Source: a virus. From it: 64,000 nucleotides of DNA. The translations under genes and the position numbers were made by a program. This document shows positions 1-8,725 of this stretch, piece after piece. The notes below the pieces were generated by a model. The model was not told the DNA's origin. It saw only the letters and a list, made by a program, of their open reading frames with translations, and did not search any database. Location: positions 13,274-77,273 of IMG/VR virus record IMGVR_UViG_3300022871_000011. One strand, 5' to 3'. Every line of letters starts with the position of its first letter. Position 1 is the first letter of the stretch.

Positions 1-1
1 T

Positions 2-289
2 AGCGGTATAGATGTTGTACAGCATAGTAATGGTAAGCGTTACCTTATATATAATCCATCAGCCGAGGCAAGGACACCGCTGAACATAGCGGAGTTCGAA
101 TTGAATAAGGCTGGTAACCCTGAACTTTTGAAAGTTGTGGAGATAGAAGCAGTGTCGAATGCACAAGCGTGGAACATTGGCACACCAGAGGTTTCTTATC
201 CATATGGAATAGAAGCACCTAACGGCGATATAACAGTGGTCTATACCCATAGGCGTAAAACTATTAAATGTGCTACTGTGGTACCTTAA
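2..289 (+). CDS. C-terminal part of a BNR-repeat exo-alpha-sialidase-like protein (5' truncated by the window)
   Basis: Frame 2 from base 2 reads SGIDVVQHSNGKRYLIYN...RTPLNIA...VSYPYGIEAPNGDITVVYTHRRKTIK, matching the SGID/RTPL/SYP/YT-RR pattern of BNR_2 sialidase C-termini. Confidence 0.7.
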   Translation, partial: SGIDVVQHSNGKRYLIYNPSAEARTPLNIAEFELNKAGNPELLKVVEIEAVSNAQAWNIGTPEVSYPYGIEAPNGDITVVYTHRRKTIKCATVVP

Positions 290-315
290 AACGTCCACAC
301 GGGCATTCTAGGAGG

Positions 316-573
316 ATGATGAAGATACTAAAGAAAACACTTGTAGAAATAAGAGGAATAACAGTATATGCAGTATACTTTGAGATGGGGACAAGGGAGA
401 CTTATCCTTGTGACATATGTTGCTTTGAGCCAGACGCCCCTCCCCCTGCCGGTAGTGATCAGAGTAGACGCTGCCCTCATTCGGATGGTGAGTGTCCTAC
501 TCAAACATACTTCGAAGCACTGGACCCTCTACACGCAGATTTATTAAAAGTAAAGGAGATAACAGATGGCTGA
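316..573 (+). CDS. small Cys-rich hypothetical protein
   Basis: GGAGG next to ATG; CxxC; C-terminal HADLLKV similar to ORF 7100-7498. Confidence 0.6.
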   Translation: MMKILKKTLVEIRGITVYAVYFEMGTRETYPCDICCFEPDAPPPAGSDQSRRCPHSDGECPTQTYFEALDPLHADLLKVKEITDG

Positions 574-910
574 CAAAGAACAAGCAGAGGCGAAGCAGTT
601 ATATACGGCTCGCAAAAGTCACTTAGATGTTCCTGTTGGTTCTTTTAATCTATTAACACACCAATGGGAGCCTTCAAGAACACATAAAGAATGGCAGCCG
701 TGTTGTACGGCTATCCAAGGGTCGGAGAGTCAGGAGGGGTATATGTTTACCCACTGCATGTCTTCCCGACATATAGGCCACAAGTGTGGTTTAGAAGGCA
801 AGGAACTATTAGAGTTCGTTGATTACACCGAATGCCAAGCATTTGATGATGAACTAGCAAAAGGAGATATCTATGACGACGAAGAGATCGAAAAGTGCTG
901 CGATGCTTAG
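566..910 (+). CDS. hypothetical protein
   Basis: ORF with AGGAG RBS, overlapping its neighbours. Confidence 0.65.
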   Translation: MADKEQAEAKQLYTARKSHLDVPVGSFNLLTHQWEPSRTHKEWQPCCTAIQGSESQEGYMFTHCMSSRHIGHKCGLEGKELLEFVDYTECQAFDDELAKGDIYDDEEIEKCCDA

Positions 911-1388
911 GCATGTTTATCATGTCGGGTGGTGCAGGCTATACAGATTGAAGAGAAACTTGTCCAAGCTTTCTAGAAAAGAGTTTGATCCTGTTTTTCT
1001 AAAATACCTTGCTGACCGGTGGTGGGTTAATGAAACAGCACTGCAGGAGCATATAGAGCTGGAGCATGTGTCTCAAAAGCTCAGCTATGGTTACGACGAT
1101 GAGGAGGAGGGCATCCACTATTCCAAGAAGTTGTTCCCTATGCCCTCATGGGCAGTGGACCGATGTAATAGGTTCGATAGGGGTGGCCTGATAGAGGACA
1201 CTTGCGAGCACGGAGTGGGACACCCTAACGCCTTTTGGCTGGAGTTTAATGCCTTGGTAAATGAGTGGAACGGCACACCAGAGCGTAGTAGGCATGATGG
1301 CACACACGGCTGCGATGGCTGCTGTAGGCATGAGGATACCCGTAAAAGAAAAGGAGACCCGCCATGGAGGCCTACCCAGACCCCTTAA
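873..1388 (+). CDS. hypothetical protein with C-terminal Cys/His cluster (CEHGVGHP...HGCDGCC)
   Basis: ORF track; metal-binding-like motif. Confidence 0.65.
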   Translation: MTTKRSKSAAMLRHVYHVGWCRLYRLKRNLSKLSRKEFDPVFLKYLADRWWVNETALQEHIELEHVSQKLSYGYDDEEEGIHYSKKLFPMPSWAVDRCNRFDRGGLIEDTCEHGVGHPNAFWLEFNALVNEWNGTPERSRHDGTHGCDGCCRHEDTRKRKGDPPWRPTQTP

Positions 1389-1600
1389 AAGATGATGCAT
1401 ACACCAATGCACATATGATGCTGGATGAGCTGGTGAGTATTCGAAGGAAGCACACCATTATAAGAATAGCCCTGGAGCAGGCCTCATCTAAAGGTGATTC
1501 AATGCCTGTTCAGGGTTGGAACACGGAGGCCCTCATAACAGGGGCCATGGGCAGGGGTGAGCCTTGTCTACCAGCTGGGCTCCTAGATGAGCTTACTTAA
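1364..1600 (+). CDS. hypothetical protein
   Basis: ORF with AGGAG RBS. Confidence 0.55.
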   Translation: MEAYPDPLKDDAYTNAHMMLDELVSIRRKHTIIRIALEQASSKGDSMPVQGWNTEALITGAMGRGEPCLPAGLLDELT

Positions 1601-1908
1601 AGCTCGCGCTTGTCAGGGTCTTCGTTCTTTTTAAGACGTTGTTCCTTGGCCTCGCCGACGCGCTCAATAATGTCCTTAACGATGTCCATCATGACTTTGG
1701 CATCTTTTACCTTTTCTAGCTTGGAAGCTATTACAACAAGCACCTCTGCTCGTTCGATGGCTTCCTCGATAGAAAGGATCTTGGTTTCGACTGGGTTACC
1801 AATCTCTTTAATACCGTCTTTACGTTTGCCTGTGTCATAGACCTCCAGGACAACATTACCGTTCTTGGCTGTTACGCCCTTAATGTTCGACATGTGTTGG
1901 GATTCCAT
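1597..1908 (-). CDS. hypothetical protein downstream of terminase
   Basis: GGAGG RBS immediately after the terminase stop. Confidence 0.7.
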   Translation of the reverse strand: MESQHMSNIKGVTAKNGNVVLEVYDTGKRKDGIKEIGNPVETKILSIEEAIERAEVLVVIASKLEKVKDAKVMMDIVKDIIERVGEAKEQRLKKNEDPDKREL

Positions 1909-1920
1909 AATATCCTCCGG

Positions 1921-4900
1921 TTACCAAACTACTTTCTCTGGATCAGTCGGGGCCGCTAAGGCCAGCTGCTGTTCCGTTATTGTAAACTTATCCTTGACAG
2001 TGTTCATGTCAGGGTACGATTGACGTGTGTGCCATATGGCCGAACACGCATAATTTAAAGCATGGGCAAAGTCATCACTCTTTTTGGGAGCTTTGCCTAT
2101 AAGATACATAATACCGCCTCTGGGTAATTCCCGGGGCATCTCTACAAGGTTAAGTAGATCATCCAGTACTATCTTGGATTCGTCATCATAGAACGGCAGT
2201 GAGATCTTATGTGCCCTTAACATAGCGCACATAACAGCCAAGCTCCGTGCTTTATCGATGCTGTAAGAGAACCGGGTACCGTTACCTGTAGGTGGGTTAT
2301 AGGTTATAACATCTTTGTTGGTGCTGCTAACGTATGTGTAAGGTATGATCTGATGATCGGGCAAACCTGCCTGTCTCATCAAGGATTCCCTAACATAACC
2401 TGCGCCACCATAATCATGTGCCATATAGACACACTGAAACTTGCGGAACTGATCCATGATATACATGGACTCTTCTTCAGGGCTCATACCCATGGGGAGC
2501 CTCTCAGAGTATAAGTTATCTACTACATCTGTACCGTTACGGAAACCCACGACGGCTAATGCAGTGTAGCTCTCTGATAAGTCTCCGCCACCACTCCAGT
2601 CAACACCCATAACATAACCGGAATACTGGTTGCGCAACTTAATTGTAGCAGCCATATCATTCTTATGTTTACCGGCCGCTGAGATTAAGTCGGCTTGTGA
2701 TAATAGTTTAACGTTTTCATCGCAAGGCACCCCCAGTACCTCGTTATAGAATTTAGCCTTAGAGTAGGACCCGGGACCTTCCATTTTACCGAGTAGGGCC
2801 TGCCACTTAGCTTTAATCCCATAATGAAGAGGATGTGTTACCTGGCAGAAATGATAACCAGCATGCGTGGCAGCCAAGTCAGGCCGTGCATGTACATAGT
2901 AACCCCGGCGCCCATCTAAGGTGCCCCCGCATTTGGCACATATAATAGTTTTCTTACCCAGCATCTTAATCAGGTCCTGCTCAATCGATGCTATATTCTT
3001 TTTACGACAGTGACTACAAGGGATACACCACTCCGCCATACTACTGTCGTTCCACACCACTGCAAGTGTTCCATCCGACGTCTTAGGCGTACCGGTATAT
3101 TGCTGGAAACCGAAGTACCTATTTGCACTTGTTGTTTCGAATAAAATTGGGAGGAAATCGTAGTCAATGTCTTGGCAATTAAGGCTTTGCACATTATTTG
3201 CAAGAATATAATTATGCGTTCCGACCACCTCTATATCGTAAACAGGCTGCACAGCTGTAACCTCTATTTTAGATATTCTGCTAAGGGTTACGCCTGCTCC
3301 AGCTTCCTTGCACGGTAACGCCGCTGGTTGTCCCTCAACTTTAACTTCTGACACACCTCGGCCTGGCAGACGGTGCTTGTCTTCTTGTAGAGGGGTTCCC
3401 CGCAGTACCTGCAATGGCCTGTTGGCCCTTTCGCCAGTATTTTGCGCTTGTGCCGGGCATTCGTTATAAGGCGCTGTCTTTCTTTCTCTGCAGGGTCGTT
3501 GGCAAGCCTCTCTTTCCTGCGTTGGTCCGACCGGGCATTCTGTTCTTTTACTTTGTCGGGGTTGTTCTTGCGCCACTCTTTTGTGTGCACTGCCTCTGCT
3601 TTGTGGTCCCTGCGTGCGTTGGCCTTGTCCAGCCGATCTCTGTAGCGTCCCTGGTCCTTCTTTAATTTTGCATAATACCGTTTGCGCTCCGACTGTAGAC
3701 TTGCTTCGTATGCCGGGTCTCCCTTTAGCGATGTCCGCTTGTCGCGTTTGCGTTCGTTTACAAGGTCCCTGTTGCGTTCCAGGTAGGCTGCTGCATGCTT
3801 TCTTCCCATTGCCCTGCTGTACACTAGGTCCTTGTAGTAACAGCGCCTGGCTATTATCCTGGATTGTTCCGGGTTGGCACGGCGCCACTCCGCGGACTTC
3901 TCCATTATGTATTCTTTGTTTTCTTCGTAATATTCGTGTTTGACTATGTGATCGTACTCCTCTTTGCATGCACCCTCGCATACCCATGCTCCCTTGGTTA
4001 GCTCTGCCCCGCACATTAAGCAACGGTGTTCTATACGGTTTATCTTGTAAGCCATCGGTGCAGGCATGTAAGGTGCTATCAACGGTATCAGGGTTATTGT
4101 GCCCTTCGCAGTTATGTATAGCAGAGGGTACGTGAAGACTTCCCCGTCCCTCGTTTTGTTCACCATATACACTTTGCTCTCCACACCATACTTGGCCATT
4201 AGCCATGTAGATAGCAGGTCCACTTCCTCCGGGCTGAACCCGTGAGTCGATATGCTCACAGTCCTGCGTCCGCTGTCCAGACATCCGTCGTCCCCTATCC
4301 ACCACGCTATCCCCTCGGGGGTCAGCTGTGAGAGCCACTCCGTGTTCACTAGCTTGTGATGCCCGTCCGGGCATGTTAGGGTGAAGATATAGTGAAACAC
4401 TGAGAGGGCCTGCGTCCTCCAGACACTCGACCATTCTCCGTAACCCCCGTTCTTGATCTTGTAAGGTGCTCTGGTGGCGTACTCTGCTAACAGGGCGTAC
4501 TTCTCCAGGTTGTATTGGTGCTGGCACCACCCGTGATTTGAGCGGTAACATACAGTCTGCTTGGCTGCGCTGCTTACCTGCATTGAGCCATCCCCTAGCA
4601 TCGTACCCAGTAACAGCTGCTTCTGTGATGCCGTCAAAGTCTCCGGTTTGTTTTGCATACTCATAATTTATTACCTCCGATAATCGTACAGGGCCTATAG
4701 ATGTGGGGAATGAATGATCACCCGTACACTCTATTGTTTCACCTGTCTCTAGTGTAACTTTAAAACACAGCCGCTCCCCGTGATAGGAAGCATCCTTTGC
4801 TGCGATACTATTTAACACTGTACCATCATTGTTGAAAGAATGCAAGTACTCACCTGCTTTAACTTCACAGACCTTTTTGGATGAAAAAGTCACTCCGTCA

Positions 4901-5427
4901 TAACTCGTTGATATTAAAGTATTTGCGCTGAGGCTCTCGTCAATTGCGACACATGAGATTGAGGATATGCCCCTCACACGATCGGGATTTAGGTAGCAAT
5001 ATTCTAGGAATATCATAGACCCAGAATGGAACTCTTTCGTGTAGAATTTACCCACCTCCTGGTCCGACATCATATCGCTCTTTATGAGAGAGTGTTTAAG
5101 AAGAGGCCTCAGGATGGTAGCATTATAGCGGGCCAACTGGTCAGCACGGGGCTCGATTATAAGTGTATGGAAGCCTTTGTAGTAGTGGGCCCTTAAAATA
5201 GCCTGTGCACTTAGGCTCAGACTTTTTCCTACTTGCCGTGAGCAGCAATATACAACAGATCTAGGTTGTTCAAATTCGAAGAATGGTGCCATCTGATAAT
5301 GGAGGTCAGTTGACATATGTTCTTCACCTATTTTGAACACAGGTAAGAGAGGTGCAAAGGATGTAACCCACCCCTCATCTACAGCGCGGAAGTATTCCGC
5401 AATGAATTGATTCGTATTAAGACCCAA
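1921..5427 (-). CDS. terL: terminase large subunit (GpA-like), intein-containing precursor; ~582 aa after splicing
   Basis: Walker A CSRQVGKS; Walker B AIDE/CQD split by the intein; TGTPKT motif; CxxC...CxxC; C-terminal nuclease GVDW...DDFAHALNY; TTG start with AGGAGG. Confidence 0.92.
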   Translation of the reverse strand: MGLNTNQFIAEYFRAVDEGWVTSFAPLLPVFKIGEEHMSTDLHYQMAPFFEFEQPRSVVYCCSRQVGKSLSLSAQAILRAHYYKGFHTLIIEPRADQLARYNATILRPLLKHSLIKSDMMSDQEVGKFYTKEFHSGSMIFLEYCYLNPDRVRGISSISCVAIDESLSANTLISTSYDGVTFSSKKVCEVKAGEYLHSFNNDGTVLNSIAAKDASYHGERLCFKVTLETGETIECTGDHSFPTSIGPVRLSEVINYEYAKQTGDFDGITEAAVTGYDARGWLNAGKQRSQADCMLPLKSRVVPAPIQPGEVRPVSRVRHQSTLQDQERGLRRMVECLEDAGPLSVSLYLHPNMPGRASQASEHGVALTADPRGDSVVDRGRRMSGQRTQDCEHIDSRVQPGGSGPAIYMANGQVWCGEQSVYGEQNEGRGSLHVPSAIHNCEGHNNPDTVDSTLHACTDGLQDKPYRTPLLNVRGRANQGSMGMRGCMQRGVRSHSQTRILRRKQRIHNGEVRGVAPCQPGTIQDNSQALLLQGPSVQQGNGKKACSSLPGTQQGPCKRTQTRQADIAKGRPGIRSKSTVGAQTVLCKIKEGPGTLQRSAGQGQRTQGPQSRGSAHKRVAQEQPRQSKRTECPVGPTQEREACQRPCRERKTAPYNECPAQAQNTGERANRPLQVLRGTPLQEDKHRLPGRGVSEVKVEGQPAALPCKEAGAGVTLSRISKIEVTAVQPVYDIEVVGTHNYILANNVQSLNCQDIDYDFLPILFETTSANRYFGFQQYTGTPKTSDGTLAVVWNDSSMAEWCIPCSHCRKKNIASIEQDLIKMLGKKTIICAKCGGTLDGRRGYYVHARPDLAATHAGYHFCQVTHPLHYGIKAKWQALLGKMEGPGSYSKAKFYNEVLGVPCDENVKLLSQADLISAAGKHKNDMAATIKLRNQYSGYVMGVDWSGGGDLSESYTALAVVGFRNGTDVVDNLYSERLPMGMSPEEESMYIMDQFRKFQCVYMAHDYGGAGYVRESLMRQAGLPDHQIIPYTYVSSTNKDVITYNPPTGNGTRFSYSIDKARSLAVMCAMLRAHKISLPFYDDESKIVLDDLLNLVEMPRELPRGGIMYLIGKAPKKSDDFAHALNYACSAIWHTRQSYPDMNTVKDKFTITEQQLALAAPTDPEKVVW
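3178..4935 (-). mobile_element. intein (586 codons) in the terminase Walker B motif
   Basis: Starts SLSANTLI after DE; block B CTGDHSF; blocks F/G VYDIEVVGTHNYILANNVQSLN followed by Cys; removal restores DECQD. Confidence 0.9.
3288..4664 (-). CDS. LAGLIDADG homing endonuclease nested in the +1 frame of the intein
   Basis: LLGTMLGDG and IAWWIGDDG motifs; own SD GGAGG at 4674-4678; C-terminal CxxC and basic helical region. Confidence 0.88.
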   Translation of the reverse strand: MSMQNKPETLTASQKQLLLGTMLGDGSMQVSSAAKQTVCYRSNHGWCQHQYNLEKYALLAEYATRAPYKIKNGGYGEWSSVWRTQALSVFHYIFTLTCPDGHHKLVNTEWLSQLTPEGIAWWIGDDGCLDSGRRTVSISTHGFSPEEVDLLSTWLMAKYGVESKVYMVNKTRDGEVFTYPLLYITAKGTITLIPLIAPYMPAPMAYKINRIEHRCLMCGAELTKGAWVCEGACKEEYDHIVKHEYYEENKEYIMEKSAEWRRANPEQSRIIARRCYYKDLVYSRAMGRKHAAAYLERNRDLVNERKRDKRTSLKGDPAYEASLQSERKRYYAKLKKDQGRYRDRLDKANARRDHKAEAVHTKEWRKNNPDKVKEQNARSDQRRKERLANDPAEKERQRLITNARHKRKILAKGPTGHCRYCGEPLYKKTSTVCQAEVCQKLKLRDNQRRYRARKLEQA

Positions 5428-5431
5428 ACGT

Positions 5432-6141
5432 TCCTCCTAAGTGCTTCGACAGCACACAAACTTATTATTTAATTTATTCGCATAAAGATGTTTTGTAAAG
5501 TATATTAGCATAAAATACAGGAATTGCAAATGCCGAGTCAGAGCTCAAGAGAAGCACTCAAGCGTAAAAAGCTTGATTTTAATGAATTGAATAATGATTC
5601 TGCCGGTCCTTATAAGACCCGCGGACTCATTTCCCATGACCGACCGTTTGAGGAGACGGTAGCACTACGACCTATTGACACAGTCAAGGATCGTGGGGCG
5701 ACTTTACCTCTGGACGATGGCGAGTGGAACGATTCATCTTCCAGCTCATGACACCCTCTTCAACATACACGGAGGTGTAAGTGTGAAATCGAAGAAGGAT
5801 TATGAAGGCTGAAAAGTATCTCTCAGAGGGCGGAGGTTTAGCCCTTATGGTTATTAGTGGCTTATTGCTGCTATTCTTGTTATGGGTAAGCCCTATAGCT
5901 GCAAGTTGTGCTGGCTTCGCCACCATGATATTAATACTACTCCCCCGCCTCTCCGCTAACCCGGAAACAGGTTCAGGTGTAGGTATTATAGCAGGGCTAC
6001 CGGTTATCGTAGGGTTATGCGTACACCCGGTGGTGTTCTGTGTAGCTGTATTGGCAACTTGGTGGTTAATCGTAGGACTTTCTCAGAGCCTAACCGACTC
6101 AGATTCCCCGTAACAAACACGCTGTCGAGCACCGTGGAGGA
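5432..6141 (-). ncRNA. candidate ~700-nt structured RNA / leader upstream of terL
   Basis: Nested long-range helices whose G-U pairs work only on the minus strand (ends pair; CUGAGUCGG/CUGACUCGG; GGAGAGGCGGGGG/CCUCCGCCCUCU). Confidence 0.55.
5471..5499 (-). promoter_or_regulatory. putative terL promoter TTTACA-N17-TAAATT, overlapping an AATAAATTAAA motif
   Basis: Spacing and position ~45 nt upstream of the terL start. Confidence 0.45.
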
Positions 6142-6170
6142 TTTCTTTAATTTATTAAACCGGAGATAGA

Positions 6171-6383
6171 ATGACTAATTTATTAATTTTAAGTTCGAAA
6201 GATGAGGCTGACACTGTCAGTTCTAAGGTAATGGCTAACCATGACATCGTCATACAGGCCATCGAAGACACAGGGATGTATACAATCCTGAAGAGCAGAG
6301 GCAAGACCAGGCGAGCAAAGATGAACTGGCCTGATGTATGTAAACTGCGAGTAAAGCTTGAGACAGAAATTGCAGAGGCCTAA
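6171..6383 (+). CDS. hypothetical protein
   Basis: GGAG RBS; ORF track. Confidence 0.55.
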   Translation: MTNLLILSSKDEADTVSSKVMANHDIVIQAIEDTGMYTILKSRGKTRRAKMNWPDVCKLRVKLETEIAEA

Positions 6384-6484
6384 AAACCTGCATCTCCTTC
6401 TCATACTCTTCCTCTTAACCTAATATTACAAAAGAATTGAATATTTATTCTAAATATCCCCTTCTTCTGTAGAGATTGAAACAG

Positions 6485-6511
6485 ACGCACCAGCTTTTCG
6501 GCTGGTGCGTT
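6485..6511. terminator. GC-rich hairpin, possible terminator
   Basis: GACGCACCAGC-TTTTCG-GCTGGTGCGTT. Confidence 0.45.
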
Positions 6512-6546
6512 GAGCTACACATTTGTATTACTGAAAAGGAGGTTTA

Positions 6547-6831
6547 ATGTCTATACAAAAGTATAACGCTACACTCAACAGAGTATCAGCATCGTTTGCA
6601 AAAATATCAAAGCTTATTGACAACCACGTTGATAAGTACACCATGCACAAGAAATGGGATTGCTGGTTTAGACTCCATGATGCATTCAGGAAGAAGTATC
6701 ATATCAGAGCCTACAGCAGATCAAAACGCGATAACATGGATATCATGTTCGCAATAGCCTTAGCCCCTGAAGGCAACGGTAAAGGTATGTTAAATGAACT
6801 CGAACAGCTCGCAACGGAGATGTTCACCTAA
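6547..6831 (+). CDS. hypothetical protein
   Basis: AGGAGG RBS. Confidence 0.65.
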   Translation: MSIQKYNATLNRVSASFAKISKLIDNHVDKYTMHKKWDCWFRLHDAFRKKYHIRAYSRSKRDNMDIMFAIALAPEGNGKGMLNELEQLATEMFT

Positions 6832-6846
6832 CCAACAAGGAGTATT

Positions 6847-7131
6847 ATGTCAGAACTAATGTACACACAGTTAATCGGAGTCACAGCAGGCATGGGCCCA
6901 GGAATCATAATTGGTTTCATACTGTGTGCTATCCTGCTTCAGCGGGCTATCATACACAGTACCATGCATGCATTGATGCTTTCGCAGAAGGGCGGGCCGG
7001 CACCAGGAGGAGGCCCTACAGAGGACGGAGAGCAATTAAAAGTTAAAAGCCTGCATGAGATCCACGTAGAGGGTAAACGTAAACAGGAGGCTACTAAGAA
7101 TGACGCACAGGACAAACCACAAGAAGGCTAA
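6847..7131 (+). CDS. small membrane protein
   Basis: AGGAG RBS; hydrophobic N-terminal segment. Confidence 0.65.
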   Translation: MSELMYTQLIGVTAGMGPGIIIGFILCAILLQRAIIHSTMHALMLSQKGGPAPGGGPTEDGEQLKVKSLHEIHVEGKRKQEATKNDAQDKPQEG

Positions 7132-7498
7132 ACCAATCAGATCGATTGTTATACCTACTGACTTGGATAGAGGGAAGTTAGTACCAGTGACGTGGTACCC
7201 TGATGCAGAGATCTATGAGTGTGGTGGTGACTTCTATCGTAGGAACTATGATTTTAGATCAATCGACGAGTACGCAGGCAGATGTGAGACCTGTGATATG
7301 TGCGAGGAAAATACAGGGCTCACAAACACACTCTGTAAAACCGCGCCTCGTAACAAGACTGATTTAGGTATAAAGGACTGCTCGAAGCAGCCACTCTTCA
7401 ATATGAAGCTGATGGATGAAATTCACGCAGAACTGTTAAAGGTATCAACAATACCAGAAAAGGATAATAAAGATGAGAACAATAACAAAGATCCATGA
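7100..7498 (+). CDS. Cys-rich hypothetical protein
   Basis: AGGAGG RBS; CxxCxxC; C-terminal HAELLKV. Confidence 0.6.
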   Translation: MTHRTNHKKAKPIRSIVIPTDLDRGKLVPVTWYPDAEIYECGGDFYRRNYDFRSIDEYAGRCETCDMCEENTGLTNTLCKTAPRNKTDLGIKDCSKQPLFNMKLMDEIHAELLKVSTIPEKDNKDENNNKDP

Positions 7499-8258
7499 TT
7501 ACTACGATGGTTTGATGCGAAGCGATGAAGACGATAAAATAGTTTTCATGCGAAACACCAGTGAGGTTCCCTTTGCGGAACTGGATATAGATACGAAGAG
7601 AACGCAGCATTATAAGCACTGGCATGGAAGCGCGGCTCGTTTTGACTACTTCCTTACAGCCAATGATGATGAAGTCCGTAGATGGGATGGTAAGGTACAC
7701 TCCTCTGAGAGCTTCGTAGTGGGCTTTTGCGGTAAGATCTATACCGGACTACGCGTTAAGAGGACTAATGGTCTCTGCGTTACCGCACAAGGCTATAAGA
7801 AAACAAATGAGATCCTGTACGGAGACGATATGATTGAGTACCTGGAACATATCAGTGCTGATGACTGTGAGAACCATAGTAAATCGCACTGGCCCTGGCA
7901 GTTCACGCATTACGCAGGAACTGCGGCTAAGATACGAGACGCAATGACGCTTATGGAGAATGGACCACTTAAGGAGCTATTTATCAGATACCGGGTGCCT
8001 TACTTTGTGATGGAGGATTATGTGAAGTGTACTCTATTGCCGGTATTGAAGGACTACCAGTTCTACAGGGTATTTGACGCTTATCAGACTTATCAGGAGG
8101 TCCGGATGTTTGTAGAGGGCAACCTTGCACAGGATACTCAAGTCGTAGTACCTGTAGGCGGAGATTTAATAGTCCGCGATAGTAAGGGCTTCGACAAACA
8201 CAGCTTCCGTAAGGACAAGCAGGATAAGAAACAAAAAAGGAGAAAACATAGAACATGA
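7473..8258 (+). CDS. conserved phage hypothetical protein (HDYYD N-terminus, GFDxxSFRK C-terminus)
   Basis: Motifs recalled from a widespread phage family of unknown function. Confidence 0.7.
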   Translation: MRTITKIHDYYDGLMRSDEDDKIVFMRNTSEVPFAELDIDTKRTQHYKHWHGSAARFDYFLTANDDEVRRWDGKVHSSESFVVGFCGKIYTGLRVKRTNGLCVTAQGYKKTNEILYGDDMIEYLEHISADDCENHSKSHWPWQFTHYAGTAAKIRDAMTLMENGPLKELFIRYRVPYFVMEDYVKCTLLPVLKDYQFYRVFDAYQTYQEVRMFVEGNLAQDTQVVVPVGGDLIVRDSKGFDKHSFRKDKQDKKQKRRKHRT

Positions 8259-8560
8259 GTAATATGCAGAAAGACTGGGAAGCTGACCTTATGACTGAGT
8301 CCAAAGAGGATCTCATAGAAATGGTCAAGCATTTCCAGGAAATAGCGCTGGGTACATATGACCCAGACAAAGAGGAAGAGAACTATATGCTGGGGGTGGC
8401 TGTTAACATGTTCACCACACTAGCAAGTTGTATTCACAGGGGCGGTACCATTGAGTACCACGACGAGACAGCTAAATGGAACTGTGTCGAACTTGCCGAT
8501 GTTATAACTAACTGGGAAGTTAAGTACACCCGTGATAACATAAGGATGAAAGAGAAGTAA
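8255..8560 (+). CDS. hypothetical protein
   Basis: ATGA coupling; RBS. Confidence 0.65.
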   Translation: MSNMQKDWEADLMTESKEDLIEMVKHFQEIALGTYDPDKEEENYMLGVAVNMFTTLASCIHRGGTIEYHDETAKWNCVELADVITNWEVKYTRDNIRMKEK

Positions 8561-8566
8561 TATCAT

Positions 8567-8715
8567 ACGTTGGTAGCTAATAGGGTTAAGCGCTCGCATT
8601 TCAAGCGAGGTCAGAATAGACCGTACACCTGGTTAGGTTTATTCCCAAAATTAGGAACGGTATGCGCATACCGGTTCTATGGGTGATGGTAGTTCGAATC
8701 TATCCCAACGTGCCA
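8567..8715 (+). tRNA. tRNA-Glu(TTC)-like gene with a 78-nt structured variable region
   Basis: Acceptor ACGTTGG/CCAACGT, G discriminator, CCA; D arm GCT..AGC; anticodon arm CTCGC-ATTTCAA-GCGAG; T arm GGTAG-TTCGAAT-CTATC. Confidence 0.75.
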
Positions 8716-8725
8716 TTTTATTTAA

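Noticed and set aside
5524-6113. ORFs 5524-5751 and 5802-6113 as proteins
   Set aside because: Weak RBS, and the hydrophobicity is explained by G/T bias opposite a structured RNA; not fully excluded
5432-6141. RNase P RNA (GAGAAAGUCC on the minus strand) or a group II intron (GUGCU start)
   Set aside because: I found no complementary P4 strand near the 3' end and no domain V
8598-8604. Selenocysteine or opal-suppressor tRNA (TCA in the loop)
   Set aside because: The 5-bp stem and 7-nt loop place TTC at positions 34-36, and the acceptor stem is 7 bp
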